Shown: positions 10,511 through 23,846 of the stretch, piece by piece
How positions within the stretch are numbered: position 1 is the stretch's first letter
Layout of the letters: every line of letters begins with the position of its first letter
Origin: Malacoraja senta
Lineage: Eukaryota
DNA length: 49,624 bases
Assembly: GCA_038087875.1 (NCBI GenBank)
Contig: JAXLNO010005255.1
Location: 124,001-173,624 of the forward strand
Reading direction: 5' to 3'
Translations under genes and position numbers: made by a program
Notes under the pieces: generated by a model
The model's database searches: none
What the model was told of the DNA's origin: nothing
What the model saw: the letters and a program-made list of their open reading frames with translations, nothing else

Positions 10511-10695
10511 TTTCAAGAGAGAGTTAGATTTAGCTCTTAGGGCTAAGGGATTCAAGGGATATGGGGAAACAGCCAGATCGGAGTATTAATTTTGGATGAT
10601 CAGCCATGATTGTATTGAATGGCGGTGCTGGCTCAAAGGGCCGAATAGCCTATTCCTGCACCTATTTTTTTATGTTTCTATCTTTCTATTAAATA
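10511..10695 (+). mobile_element. CR1/HER1-type LINE 3' end
   Basis: gatcagccatgattgtattgaatggcggtgctggctcaaagggccgaatagcctattcctgcacctatt tail, also present on the minus strand at 41765-42010. Confidence 0.8.
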
Positions 10696-11229
10696 AACTA
10701 AATTGGAAGACAGAAGGTATTTACTGATGCATCTTCACACCAGCTGTAAATGTCATAAACTGTGAGAATTGATTGCAAATGTTATACAATATTATAAACT
10801 AAACTGGGTGATCAAAATGACAAGATGGATGAAGAGCAGAGTTTTCATTGAAATAACAGACGTGCAGCTTTCTCGAGCACTTGGCCTTGGTTGTGTAATA
10901 TTTCCTCTTCAAAATACAATGTTCCCTGGCATTTCTGGTCTGAGGCACCATTCAGCAAGTATATTTCCTGAAACGGAGGTTCTGCTTTCATGGTATCAAG
11001 ATGTCCAACAGCTCCAGCACCCAGATCAGAACCTTGCCAAAACTAAGAATGCAGCAACAATTTAGTCATTGAACATCAACGACATGCATATTTGAACTGA
11101 GGCAATGGTTAGCTTATTATCACTGTAAACCAGTCGTGGTCATGGGTCTGCCATTGTGGTCACTATTAGTGAGGGTGATTAACTATCATGTAGCAGTGAA
11201 ACGGAAAAGAATTGGCTTTTCAAGCCCAC

Positions 11230-11765
11230 GGAGCCATAGAGTCATACGGCATGGAAATGGCCACCTCAACTTGGCCATGTCAACCAAGATGCCATGTTTA
11301 AACTACAATTTACCTGCAATTGACCCATATCTCACTGAACCTTTCCTATCTACAGTATGTACCTGTCCAAGTGTGTTCTAAATGTTTTTTAATACCTGCC
11401 TCAACTCCTTCCGCTGGAATGTTCTTCCATATTTCCACTTCCTCTGGTTCCGAGTAACTCGTTTCCTTCTCACCTTAAACCTAAGTCCTCTGGTTCTTGA
11501 TTACACAAGGCTGGTTAAAAGATTCCGTGCATTCAATCTATCTATGCTCCTTGATTTTATAAACTTCTATAAGATCACCCCTCAGCCTCTTGCGTGCCAA
11601 GGACTAAAGTCCAAGCATTCTCATCCTCTCCCTGAATCACAGGCCCTGTTAATGGCATCCTTCCGATAGTGGAGTGACCAAAACTTAACACATTACTCCA
11701 AATGTGACCTCACCAACATCTTGTACAACTGTAGCAGAACATCCCAACTTTTTTATTCAGTACCT
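11230..11765 (-). mobile_element. Degenerate CR1-type LINE 3' fragment
   Basis: Similar to the CR1 pieces at 590-836 and 31050-31320. Confidence 0.6.
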
Positions 11766-12479
11766 TTCTTTTAAAATCTTTTTATTGTTTTTTTTCAAAA
11801 AAACAAAAACAAAAATAAAACATAAAAAACAGAGCAAAAAGAATAATGATAAACATAACAATGGTATTGATACATAGGGATCATGATTACATTAATAACA
11901 GGTATAAACTAATAGTAAGATTAAACGAGAACTTACCTAAGTTTGAAGTTTGATCTTTATTTTATGAGGAGTTACGTAGGTGATTACGTGAAGAACCCCG
12001 CCAGTGCGCCAATCTTCAAAGCAGCGGTGTGAAATCACAAAAAACAACAACCGAAGTAATATAGTCTCATAATAAAACGAGTAATACAAGAACTTCAATC
12101 TGACCTTTATGATAGAGGGTAGGGTCATGGCGGGCACGTAATCACCTACGTAACTCCTCATAAAATAAAGATCAAACTTCAAACTTAGGTAAGTTCTCGT
12201 TTAATCTTACTATTTTACTTCGGAGTCACGTGAGTTACTACGTGAAGATTTTAAAGCTTTGTGATTTCATGCCGTAGATCAATCCCGGCTTCTCACTGCA
12301 TAGATTGACTCGGAACGAGAATAATCAATCATGCATTCATAATAACATTTGTACCACAAATGCAGTCATTCATTTCAATAATGAAATTAATCAGATCCCC
12401 TTTATACCAGAGGAATTTACACAGAACTTAAAATAGTTTCTGCACACAATCCCGCATTAACAATAGGCCGATGGTAAAA

Positions 12480-13395
12480 ATGTTGAAACATCAACTCATT
12501 GGACCATCCGGCGGCTGCGAGGATATGGTCGACGGGGACGTCTTATGCCCTGGCCGCCGACATTTCTGCTGCCCTAGTCGAGTGAGACGTAAAAACATAA
12601 GTGTTAATATCAGCAGCTGTTATGACTTCTTTTATCCATCAGGAAATAGTCTGTATTGAAACTCTCTTGTGTGGTTTCTTGTGTGTGATTAACAACCCAG
12701 TTTCCGTATTTCTTAAATGCTTTGTGACCTCAATGCATTGTCACAAATATGTCTTAACACAGAGACAAGGATCATTTGGATATGCTGCTAGCATAATTTT
12801 AAATCCTGTCACACCTGGCCTAATTTGCTTTAATAGGTCATAGATATAGAATGTAACCTTGTCTTCAGTTACTTCCATAGTATCTATTTGTAATTTTCTA
12901 AGTGTTTGCACTCGTTGTGCAGTCACTCATGCCATAAGCATGAATACTTTCATCCTGAGCTTGACCAAAGGTAAAGACACACTTGGTGACCATTCACGAA
13001 GTAGTTTCAGTACCACACTTACATCCCAGATTGTCATGTACCTAGGTTTCGGTGGTTTGGAATTAAAGATTCCTTTCATTAGTCTGGAAAGAATTGGGTG
13101 TGACCCAATTGAGTTTATTTCTGAATCCAGAACCAAATATGAGGGCAATGCACTTATGGCTGAATTAATTGCACTACAACTCAGACCTTCATCATAATAG
13201 AGTTTTGACAGATTTTCTAAACATTTGAAATATCTGCAGTACTATATTGCAAATTCTTTTGTACACAGAACTTTTCCCATTTCTTAATATAAGAAAGGTA
13301 CTGTTTTTGGAGTGCTCTTCCTCCAGGCTGCCATAAGCATGTCCACAGTACGCTCAGACAGTCCTCGCCCCAGAAAAGGCCTTCTTAAACCTGCA
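12480..13395 (-). pseudogene. Tyrosine recombinase of DIRS copy 1 (stops and frameshifts)
   Basis: RFMKG-like RLMKGIFNSKPPKPRY, AQRVQTL, LLKQ, SHSTRAAEMSAARA*DVPVDHILAAAGWSNELMFQHFYH read across frames. Confidence 0.85.
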
Positions 13396-13417
13396 AATCA
13401 ACAAATCCAAACAATCA

Positions 13418-13679
13418 TTAGATTAGATAGATTAGATTAGATAGCCCTTTATTGTCATTCAGACCGAAGTCTGAACGAAATTGCAACAGTCATACATAAA
13501 ACAACAATAAACACATATTAACATCCACCACAGTGAGTCCACCCAACATCTCCTCACTGTGATGGAGGCAAAAGTCTTAGGTCTGCAGTATCTTCCCTCC
13601 TCTTCTCCCTCTGCGCTGAGGCGATACCCCCCGGGCGATGTTTCCCGCGGCTCAAACACCGCGGCCCGGGGTGGTCGAT
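13418..13679 (-). mobile_element. 5'-truncated retroposon inserted in DIRS copy 1
   Basis: Absent at the aligned position of DIRS copy 2. (TCTAA)n-like tail and AATAAA on the minus strand. Shares motifs with 2150-2640. Confidence 0.75.
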
Positions 13680-16600
13680 ATAATGGATGTTGTTTCCCTG
13701 TTACAGGGTGCAGCAACAAATTACTCCTTTTGGGGACTTTCATCAACATTTGTGTTGTTAATTCTAATATCAACAGATACCATGGCTGTGTAGGCCAATC
13801 TGGTATTACCAATACACCTGAATCAGCATCTTGCCTGACTTTAAGCAAACACTGGCTTATAAGGCAGAAAAGTGGAAATATATATGACAACATATCACTC
13901 CAATGTAGCGAGAAAGAATCAATCGCCACTGCTCCTGGATCTGATTCACATGAGACATATCTCGATAGCTGATGATTCAGCCTAGATATAAACAAGTCAA
14001 TGTTGGGCATTCCAAATCTGATTACTATATCATTGAATACCTCTCGATTCAACATCCATTCTTATTATCATGGAACTTTCGTGACCTGGTGTCTGCTATC
14101 GTGTTCATTCTACCTGGTAGATAGATAGCTGAAATCCAAATATTCTTTTCAATACACCCAGTCCAAAGTTGATTAGCCATTTTGTCACATGACCCTGACT
14201 TGATTTCATCCATATCATTAATATAGGCAATTGCTGTTGTGTTTATCAATCTGAACTTGGACATGCCTTTTAGTTGTGTTAGAACAATAACCTTGGAGTC
14301 CATAGAAACATCCTAAAACTCCAAATAGTTAACTCCCCATGTCTGCAGTAACAATGACTCTTCCTGATTCCATCTGCCTCCGCAGCTAGATGCTAAGTCA
14401 GTTTCACCCCATCCTAGTGTACTGGCATCTGTTTGTAATATCATGGAAGGTTTGTTCAATCAGCACTCTGCTGGAACTGCTTGAGACATGTAGAATCCAC
14501 CACTGCAGATCAGAAACAGCATTTGTTGTCAGTTGCATGGTTCTATCAAAATGACCAACATGCATTCTCAGTGCCTGTTCTTTAACTCTCTGCAGCTGTT
14601 GATAATATAATGGTCTGAATTGGACTGCTGGGAATGCTGCTACTAATTTTCCCAGTACTCAAGCCACCTGTCTGATCGAGGGGTTTTGCTCGTTTACCAG
14701 ATTACTGCAATCTTTAATCAACTCCACCCTTTTTTCACTGGGCAAAGTAATTTTCATTTGGACTGAATCAATTGTGAACCCCAAATAATCAATCGAGGTA
14801 CATGGTGTTAACCTTGATTCCTTTGGATGAATTAGAAACCACAAACTTTCAAAAGTTGATTTCACAACTGCCACAGATGCTTCTGTTGACTGTTTTGTCC
14901 TTCCTATTATCAGCACATCATCCAAAATATGCCACTAGTACATGCCCCTGGCTTCTTAGCAACCCCAGAACTGGTTTTAATAATTTTGTGAATATTCTGG
15001 GAGCGGACGTTAACCCATTAGGCAAAGCTTTGAACTGCCATAACTGGTTCATCCATGTAAATTTAAGATACTGAATATGTATCTTTTAAATTTATAGTTG
15101 CCATATGACATGCTTCTGAAATAAGTTGTTTGGCAGTCACAAATATCTCTTTTAAAATGTTTAAATTAAACAAAAGGATTCAGACTTGTCAAGTCTAGAA
15201 TAATCCCACATCCTCAATCCTTTTTTGATCGATGGAATATATTTAACACAAATTGGTGAATTTGGTAGACTGATTCTTCAATAACACATTTTATATATAG
15301 GGTTTGAAACGCAGCTTGAACCTCCATCACTTCTTTTTGTGCAAACCATATGACAATTACAGCAGGAAAACAGGCCATCTCGGCCTTTCAAGTCCATGCC
15401 GAAGAAGTGGAGAATTCTGCTAGGAACATGCTGGACAGGCAAATCATAATTTGGATTGAATTCAATTCAAAATCCTTGTATACTATTCAGAATTACCACA
15501 TCTGAAGTAATCTTCCAATTGTTTATAGAAGAGACATAATCTGCCGCCAACTTTTGGACTTAATCCAGTTAGTATGTTCCCATGAGAACCAGGTCCACCT
15601 ACCTCTTGAGTCATTTGAGTACTCTGAGATTCCTGGATTCTCCCGGAAGCACCCTCACTGGTTCTTGCTCCCGCTGCAGGCCGCCAGCTACGTCCCTGCG
15701 TTAATGTGCGACTTGGTCCTGTCCAGGATCCGTATGACATCTGAAAGGATATTCCTCTTTACAGACTTTTCAACCATTGATGTTTTCATCAATCCTGTTT
15801 TCGCTTCATCTTCCAACTCTTTAACACATCTCTCGAGATCCTCTCCAAAGAGTAAGTTGGGTAATTGTACATTACTTGGTTTGCAGAGTGCTGCGAATTT
15901 CGGATTCATAATAGGCCGTATAGCACCTTTCCTCGGACAATTGATCTCGAAGTGGGTGCTGCATAGCAACCCCAGTGCTTTCTGATGCAACTCCGTCATC
16001 TCTTGGCTTTTATCCGCTATTCTGGCAAAGCAGTTATTCCAGCAGCTTTAATATTCTCTGCCATTTCAATTCTTGAGTTCTCATAATCATACTCAACTCA
16101 TATTTTCTTGCATTCTCATTCATTTCCTGCTGTTCCAGCTGATGGGAAACCAAGTAATTTATTAGGGAGGCCAATTCTCTTCTAATGGCTCTCCTGACTC
16201 TGACGGGGCAGCGAATCATACTGCCAGGGGTGGAACATCTGTACATCACGTACATCACGGCTACTGTGACAAATCACATAGAGCCTCACCGTCAGAATCA
16301 GGGTCTGAAATCTCATGACCCGTGGCACGCTCCTCATCCCTGAGGGTGCATTCTATCAGCCCTGAACCAGGAGCTGTTGAGCTGCTTCCAGCAGCTTGGT
16401 TTTCAGTACACTCTTACCTGAGTGTGCTTTGCTCCAACAGCCTATGTAGCAGGCTTTCCATTTGGGCAATACGCTTTAAAAGCAGTATCTAGCCCTGGAG
16501 CTTCCATTTCCTGGGACTCCTCCTCCGTGGCCCGTTTCAATTCGGACTTGGCCTTGCGCCCGACAGGCGTTGACTGCCCCAGGTCCACAGTCGCTATGCT

Positions 16601-17877
16601 CACCGCTGACGACTGTACCGGGGTTAGAGGCGGTTGGTCGCTACCCGCAGACTCCCGACTTTCCCGACTTTCTGTCGGCTGTGTCGCTCGCCTCTTCCCC
16701 CTGCCCATTTTTTCCCATGGCATCTGTGGAAGAAATCCCCACAGACCCACAGTAAACGGACATGAAAAAATACTAAAAAAGTTTTTACTTACCTTGTAGT
16801 TAAAAAACTACAAATCCACTGAGGAGCTCTGCTCCTCACGTCCGTTTGCGACAAGGCGTATGACGTAATGACGCGCAGGCGCACTGGCGGGGTTCTTCAC
16901 ATAGTCACTCACGTGATTCCGAAGTAAAATATGAGACCAGTGTCAAAATACACAATGAATATAGACCTCTCCATCTCTATGTAAATATAGTTAAATCTTT
17001 AAAAGGAAACATAAATGTAAAAAAAAAGCAAAGATAAAAAGACAAAAAGAAAAAGAAAAAACAAAACCCCCCTAAACTAAAAAAAAATTAAAAAAATTGG
17101 ATAATAATAAAATAAGAATAAAAATAAAATAAATAAATAAAACAAAACAGAGCAAAACCGAATCTGAACTGAGAAATTCAACAATTTAAGTCTGTTTGTC
17201 GTCAAGTCCGTTCCACCCTATGAAGGTAAAATAATTTTTATAAAGGTTAAAGAGGGAACAATTTATGTTGTATGAAAGTGTTCAATAAATTTTCCCCAAG
17301 TCTTATCAAATTGAACCAAGGGTTCAACAATGTCACTTCTGATTTTTTCTAAATTTAAACATGATATCGTTTCAGAATACCACTGGAGTGTGGTCGGAGG
17401 GTTGGAATCTTTCCATTTAATGAAAATAAATCTTCTGGCAATTAATGTGGTAAAAGCAATCAACCGATGGGCGGAGTGGGACAAATGAATAGAATCTAAC
17501 ATTGGTAACCCAAAAATTGCAGTAATAGGATGAGGTTGTAAATCTATACCTAAGACTACCGAAATAGTATCAAAAATTTATTTCCAATATTTTTCCAAAA
17601 GAGGGCAGGACCAAAACATATGGGTCAGTGATGCCACTTCAGAGTTACATCTGTCACAGGTAGGATTTATATGACCATAAAAACGAGCTAACTTGACTTC
17701 CGGTGGCGCTATGGAGGCTTGAGTCCAGTACCAACTAGCTCCGTGCCGAAGAATCTGAAAACGGGAGAAAATCGGGTCTTACCTGCAGCGATCGCGATCT
17801 GAACGGCTGCCTGCCGCGTGACGTCATCAGGCGCGCGACTTTGACGGTATGTCGACGCAACATACCCCCCCCCCCGT

Positions 17878-18906
17878 GTGCCAAAAAAACCCGTTAAAGG
17901 GAAACCACCGATGGAAGAGGTAGGCCTAACTGAGGCCTCGGCCTCAGGTACAATGACGGCCCAGGAAGACCCAACGAAGAAATCAAAGCAGAAAAAGTCT
18001 GAAATTGAAGATCTTAAAACTTTTCTCGCTGTTGAAATTAAACAGATTCAACTACAGTTGAAAACCTTTGAAGGAAAATTGAATTTTAAAGAGGAACTTA
18101 ACTCTTTTAAGGTAGATTTTAAAGCAGAAATGCTTTCTACCGTTCAAGAAATACTGGAAGTCTGGAAGAGGTCGAGGGACGATGAGGTCAAGGAACAGAT
18201 GGAAGTGCTGGAAGCCAGGTTCGTTTCGGTGGAATCGAACGCTAATATGGAGGTGGTCCCCATTCATCAAGCACTTGATCAACATAGAACAGCGATAACC
18301 GAACTTGAGAAATGGGCGGCGACAAGTGAGGAAACTGTAAATCGACTCCTTATTGAAAACCAACGCCTCTCCGGTATGGTGATCAAATTAAGTGATAAGT
18401 GTACCGATTTGGAGGGGCGTCAAAGACGCAAGAATTTAAGAATTGTAGGGGTGAAAGAAGGAAGTGAGAGGGAAATGGGCCCTCGGGATTTTGTGGCAGA
18501 CCTACTACAAAAAGCCTTAAAATTGGATCAAAAACCTTCACTCGGTCGAGCACATAGAGCGCAGGGGCGTCGTACACAAGATGATGCCCATCCAAGACAA
18601 ATTATAGTAAAGGTGCAACTTGATCATGAATTTGACGAGATAATGAAGAAAATCGTCCGAAGCGGACAGCTCTATTTTGAAGGTGCGAGGTTCAGTATTT
18701 ACCGAGATTATCCGGCAGAGGTCTTCAAGAAAAGAGCACTGTTCACTGAGACAAAAAGAATACTGAAGAAGGTACCTGATTTGAGATACGGCTTGCTTTA
18801 CCCCGCAAGACTAAGAGTCACCTACAAGCAAAAGGAGCAATTTTTTACAGACCATGAAAAAGCACTGGAATATGCCAAAGAAATCGGGAACGTGACCACA
18901 GACTGA
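17878..18906 (+). CDS. L1 ORF1p (coiled coil plus RRM/CTD), open frame of 342 codons
   Basis: LEGRQRRKNLRIVGVKEG, RAHR, IYRDYPAEV and YPARLRV motifs. Begins GTG-CCA-AAA; first ATG at 17911. Confidence 0.9.
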   Translation: MPKKPVKGKPPMEEVGLTEASASGTMTAQEDPTKKSKQKKSEIEDLKTFLAVEIKQIQLQLKTFEGKLNFKEELNSFKVDFKAEMLSTVQEILEVWKRSRDDEVKEQMEVLEARFVSVESNANMEVVPIHQALDQHRTAITELEKWAATSEETVNRLLIENQRLSGMVIKLSDKCTDLEGRQRRKNLRIVGVKEGSEREMGPRDFVADLLQKALKLDQKPSLGRAHRAQGRRTQDDAHPRQIIVKVQLDHEFDEIMKKIVRSGQLYFEGARFSIYRDYPAEVFKKRALFTETKRILKKVPDLRYGLLYPARLRVTYKQKEQFFTDHEKALEYAKEIGNVTTD

Positions 18907-19503
18907 AGAATTTACATTACTCCTCAGGAGTCAAGGATTAACGGGACTTCACCAGATTTAAAAGGACCTTTAAAGTTCTTTTAAGAGCTTTAAGGACATT
19001 CGAAAACCGAAATGGACGGTGGACATTGGAGAAACCCGTGGGTTTTTTTTTGTTTTTTTTTAAATCTTTTTTTATTTTTAGTATAAACTTTAAGAACAAT
19101 AATATCATAGTTGTGACCAATTGTTATTAATCACTATTACTATTTAGTATATTCATATCTAACTATATATGTAACTGCTAATACTTATTAAATATCTATA
19201 TTACTACTAAAATTATTAACATTTATATTACTCATAAAAATTTAATACTGGGTATGATCGATAACAATGATTAATAACTAACAATCTCTGGTTAACGTAG
19301 AAATGAGTTACATACTTATATTCTACAGGAAGATGTGCAAGAGGTAATTCAGCCTACGTCATAATAAGGTTTGACGGTTTTTCTCTTTATTTTTCAATTT
19401 AAAATTAAATTTATAGATTTAGCGAAGATATTAATATGGTATGTAGAGAATAATAACGTTGTGAATTTATGTTGTTTTCGGACTTTTCTGCAGGGATATG
19501 TGC

Positions 19504-19653
19504 NNNNNNNNNNNNNNNNNNNNNNNNNNNNNNNNNNNNNNNNNNNNNNNNNNNNNNNNNNNNNNNNNNNNNNNNNNNNNNNNNNNNNNNNNNNNNNNNN
19601 NNNNNNNNNNNNNNNNNNNNNNNNNNNNNNNNNNNNNNNNNNNNNNNNNNNNN
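19504..19653. other. Assembly gap (150 N)
   Basis: Direct reading. The ORFs containing X residues are artefacts of it. Confidence 0.99.
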
Positions 19654-20033
19654 GTTTGCTACTCCCAAAGAAGTTAATTGATTGTCAGAAATATTCTTTC
19701 TTTTTTTTTTCGGGCACGGAGCTGGGAATTTTTTTTTTACAAAGGCTACGGAAGTCTTTAGAATTCTAGCCACGTTAGTGTGGCTATCACTAACTACACT
19801 AATTGTAGATGTAGTTTTTTTTCTTTCACCCTATACTAACCAATTCTATCACTTTTTTCACTTTAAATATTTTTATAACTTAATGTTTGAATGGAACAAC
19901 AAGACTAATTCAAGGAGATGTGTTCGGAAGAGCGATGTATATGATTTTAAATTCATCTATTCGAGGTTCGGGAGCAGGGTCAGGTTTTATGTGTTGCACC
20001 TTCTGCTCGGTTATAGACCACCTTAGAAACAAT

Positions 20034-23000
20034 ATGCAAGATGTTAATATGACAAGAGGGGGTCAGGGAATAACATTTTGTAGTTGGAATGTTAAGGGAA
20101 TCAATGAACCAATTAAGAGAGGTAAAGTTTTGGCACATCTAAATTCAATCAAAACAGATATAATATTCCTTCAAGAAACACACCTTAAAAAGGAATCTCA
20201 ACATAGACTTAAAGCTAAGTGGATCGCTGAATCATATCATTCCTCTTTTTCCCATAAGTCCAGAGGAGTTGCAATATTAATTCGTAAAGGAATACCTTTT
20301 ACGAATTCATCAACAATAGCGGATATTGATGGTAGATATATTATATTAGTTGGAGAGTTAAATGGAGAGAAAGTGATTCTTCTTAATGTATATGGGCCTA
20401 ATTTTGATAACCCTATGTTTTTTAATAAAACATTTAATAAAATTCCTGAATTTACACAATATAAATTAATAATTGGAGGAGACTTCAATTGCACATTAGA
20501 TTCATACTTAGATAGATCATCAAGGCAAAAAAAAGTAAAATCTCAATCAAGTGTATTTTTAAATTCATTTATTAATACCACTAATATTAAGGATGTCTGG
20601 AGAATTGAAAATCCAACTGGACGGGAATATTCATTTTACTCACCAGTACATAAAACATACTCAAGAATAGATTATTTTTTAGTTGACTCCACGTTTATCC
20701 CATTTACTTACAACTCAAAACACCATAATATTATAATCTCAGATCACGCACCTGTAACATTCATGATTAAATTAAATGGAATGTCCGAGAAACAAACATA
20801 TTGGAGATTTAACCCACAAATTTTGAACGAAAGATCATGCGAAGAATATCTTACTAAACAGATTCAAATATTTTTTGTGGTATATGACAACCCTGACACA
20901 CCTACTTCTCTTATGTGGGAAACGTTTAAAGCGTTTGTTCGAGGTGCATTAATTTCTGCTCAAGTATTTTATAATAAAGAGAACAGGATTAAACAACAAA
21001 CATTGGAAAGGGAAATCAAGCAACAAGATATAGAAAATGCGAGAATGCCATCTATTTTAAAACATAATAAAATTGCTGTATTGAAATATAAATTAAACAA
21101 AATGTATTCAGAACAAGTAATAAAACTTTATCAAAAAACAAACAATTACATTTTGAGTTTGGAGACAAACCACAAAAACTATTAGCACGTCAGTTACGAA
21201 AAATGGAAGGGGAAAAAATAATTCATAAAATTAGAACAGAGACAGGAGAATTATTAAAAATCCCAAGGATATAAACGAAAGATTTCTCCAATACTATCAT
21301 AATCTTTATTCAACTAAAACTGTAGTACAACCAGAAGGAATAGCAGATTTTTTACTAAAATGTAATTTAAAAGGTTTAGATTCAAACGATAGAGAATTAT
21401 TAGAAAGGGAGATTACGATAAAGGATATTGAGGAGTCTATTGGCTCTTTAAAAAATGGTAAAGCAGTAGGACCAGATGGTTTAGGCTCTGAATTCTATAA
21501 AAAAAAATATGACTTGCTCTCCCCACGTTTACAAAGGCTGTATGAGCATATCTATACTCAACAGAAACTTCCAGATACTTTAAATGAATCTATAATAACA
21601 CTTATTCCTAAAGTTGATAAAGATCCGGAAGATCCGGGATCATATAGAGCAATTGCACTTTTAAATACAGATCAGAAAATATTAACTAAAATACTAGCGC
21701 ATAGATTAAGTACAGTGATGAATAAATTAATACACCCTCACCAAACAGGCTTTACTCAGAAACGGTACTCATATTATAATCTAAGAAGATTATTTAATAT
21801 TATTTATTCTAAGAGAATTATTAATGAAGATCTAGCAATAATCTCACTTGACGCTGAAAAAGCATTTGATCAGGTTGAATGGTCTTATTTATTTTCGGTG
21901 ATGGAAAATATGCAGCTAGGGGAAAAATTCTGCACATGGATAAAACTGTTATATACAAACCCTACGGCTAGAATATTAACAAACCAAAGGTTGTCATCTA
22001 AATTCAGCCTATCTAGAGGTTGTAGACAAGGATGCCCGTTATCTCCATTATTATTTGCGCTTGCTATTGAGCCACTCGCAGAAAGAGTTAGGGGTCATCC
22101 GGAAATACATGGGTATAACACAAAGGACACAGTGAATAAAATTTCTCTATACGCAGATGATGTACTAATTTACATTACAAAACCAGAAATTAGTATTCCA
22201 AACTTATTAAAGCTAATAACCCAATTTGGTTCACTCTCAGGATACAGAATAAATTGGAATAAAAGTGAAATTATGCCAATAAGGGAACACAACAAACAGA
22301 TAATACAACAATTTCCATTTAAAATAGTAAACGAAAAATTTAAATACCTAGGCATTTACGTAACTAAGATATATACATCATTATTTAAAGCAAATTTCCC
22401 CCCATTAATGAACAAACTACATAAGAATATTCAATATTGGAAAACACTTCCTATCTCAATGGTTGGCAAAATTAATGCCATAAAAATGATTTTTTTACCG
22501 CAAATATTATACCTTTTTCAGACAATTCCGATATATTTGTCAAAAAACTTTTAAAAAAAATTGGATTCCATTGTTAATGATTTTATCTGGGATTATAAGA
22601 ATCATAGGATAAATAAAAGACATTTGTGTAAATCAAAAATAAATGGAGGCTTGGTTTTACCCAACTTTCTGTTTTATTTTTGGGCAGTTAATATTAAAAA
22701 TATGAATTTCTGGTTGGAAGAAATAGATCAACAACTAGATTGGTTAAAAATGGAAAAGGAAGATTGTTTACCTTTTGATATCGGCTCGATATTATTTGCT
22801 ACGTCTAAATTAAACAAAAAAAATTGTAGGAAAACCCTATAATATTTAGTGCTATACGAATTTGGAAACAATTAAAAAAGACATTAAAATTAGATAATTT
22901 ATCACTTTTTCTTCCAATTGTGAATAACCCTTTGTTTAAGCCCTCATGGTTGGACAGGGGTTTTACACAATGGAAGAATTATGGAATTAAAAATATGGGA

Positions 23001-23846
23001 CAACTTTACAAGGAAGGCACCTTTCTGACATTTCAGGAGTTGCAACAGACTTATGGACTTCAAGGAAATGATTTTTTCAGATATCTTCAACTCAGAGATT
23101 ATGTAAAATCGAATACTCAAAATTTTCGAATTAGAAATTCAGAAATTCTTGACGAATGTTGGAATAAACATCCTAATACAGAAAAATTAATATCTTATAT
23201 ATATAATATTTTATTAGACAGTGACATTCCATCGACGGACTTACACAGACAAACATGGGAAAAATAATTAAATCAAATAATAACGAAAGATACTTGGGAA
23301 GAAAGTTTACAACACATACATCAATGTTCATTAAATGCCAGACATTCATTAATACAATTTAAAGTAATACATAGGTTACATTATTCAAAATCAAAATTAC
23401 ATAAAATCTTTCAACATATCTCACCTATATGTGATAAATGTCAACATTTAGAAGCTAACTTATCTCATATGTTTGCAAACTGTATAAAAATAAAAAAATT
23501 CTGGGTAAATATTTTCAGTATAATATCTAAAGTGACCAGCACACAATTGGACCCGGATCCAAAATTAATAATACTCGGAACATTAGAATTAAATCAAACA
23601 TTTAAAACAACACAAAGAAACTTTATTGATTATAGTATAATAACGGGAAAAAAATTAATTCTAAAATTTTGGAAAGGCCCTATAACCCCCACAATCAAAA
23701 TGTGGATTATAGAAATGACGGAGACCTTAAACGTGGAAATAATCAGATTTTCCCTGTTGGACAAACAGGAATTATTCGTTGGAACATTGTCTCCCTTTAT
23801 TGATTATTTAAAGGGTCAGAATGGTTCAGCACAGGAACCTGACTAG
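20034..23846 (+). pseudogene. L1 ORF2 (APE endonuclease, RT, zinc knuckle), disrupted
   Basis: SWNVKGIN, LQETH, GGDFN, SRIDY, ISDH, SLDAEKAFD, GCRQGCPLSP, YADD, CDKC...HMFANC. Three 1-nt deletions (about 21140, 21265, 22830) and two in-frame TAA codons (22552, 23265). Confidence 0.92.

Larger units (their letters stand above)
11911..16930 (-). mobile_element. Full-length DIRS1-type tyrosine-recombinase retrotransposon (copy 1, decayed ORFs)
   Basis: ITR 11988-12010 matches 16878-16900 (23-bp perfect inverse). ICR 12135-12247 is complementary to both termini (80/80 and 33/36). AAT at both ends. Fragments of gag, RT (MDD), RNase H (INTTAIAYIN), MT (DLFISRLN...DPGA...DSFSLHW) and YR (AQRVQTL, HSTR). 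Confidence 0.95.

Noticed and set aside
9759-11065. Candidate cytoplasmic exons of the MHC-like gene (starts at 9759, 10021, 10744, about 11000)
   Set aside because: Several phase-1 options each give a short open tail (for example AVNVINCEN* at 10744). None can be preferred from sequence alone.
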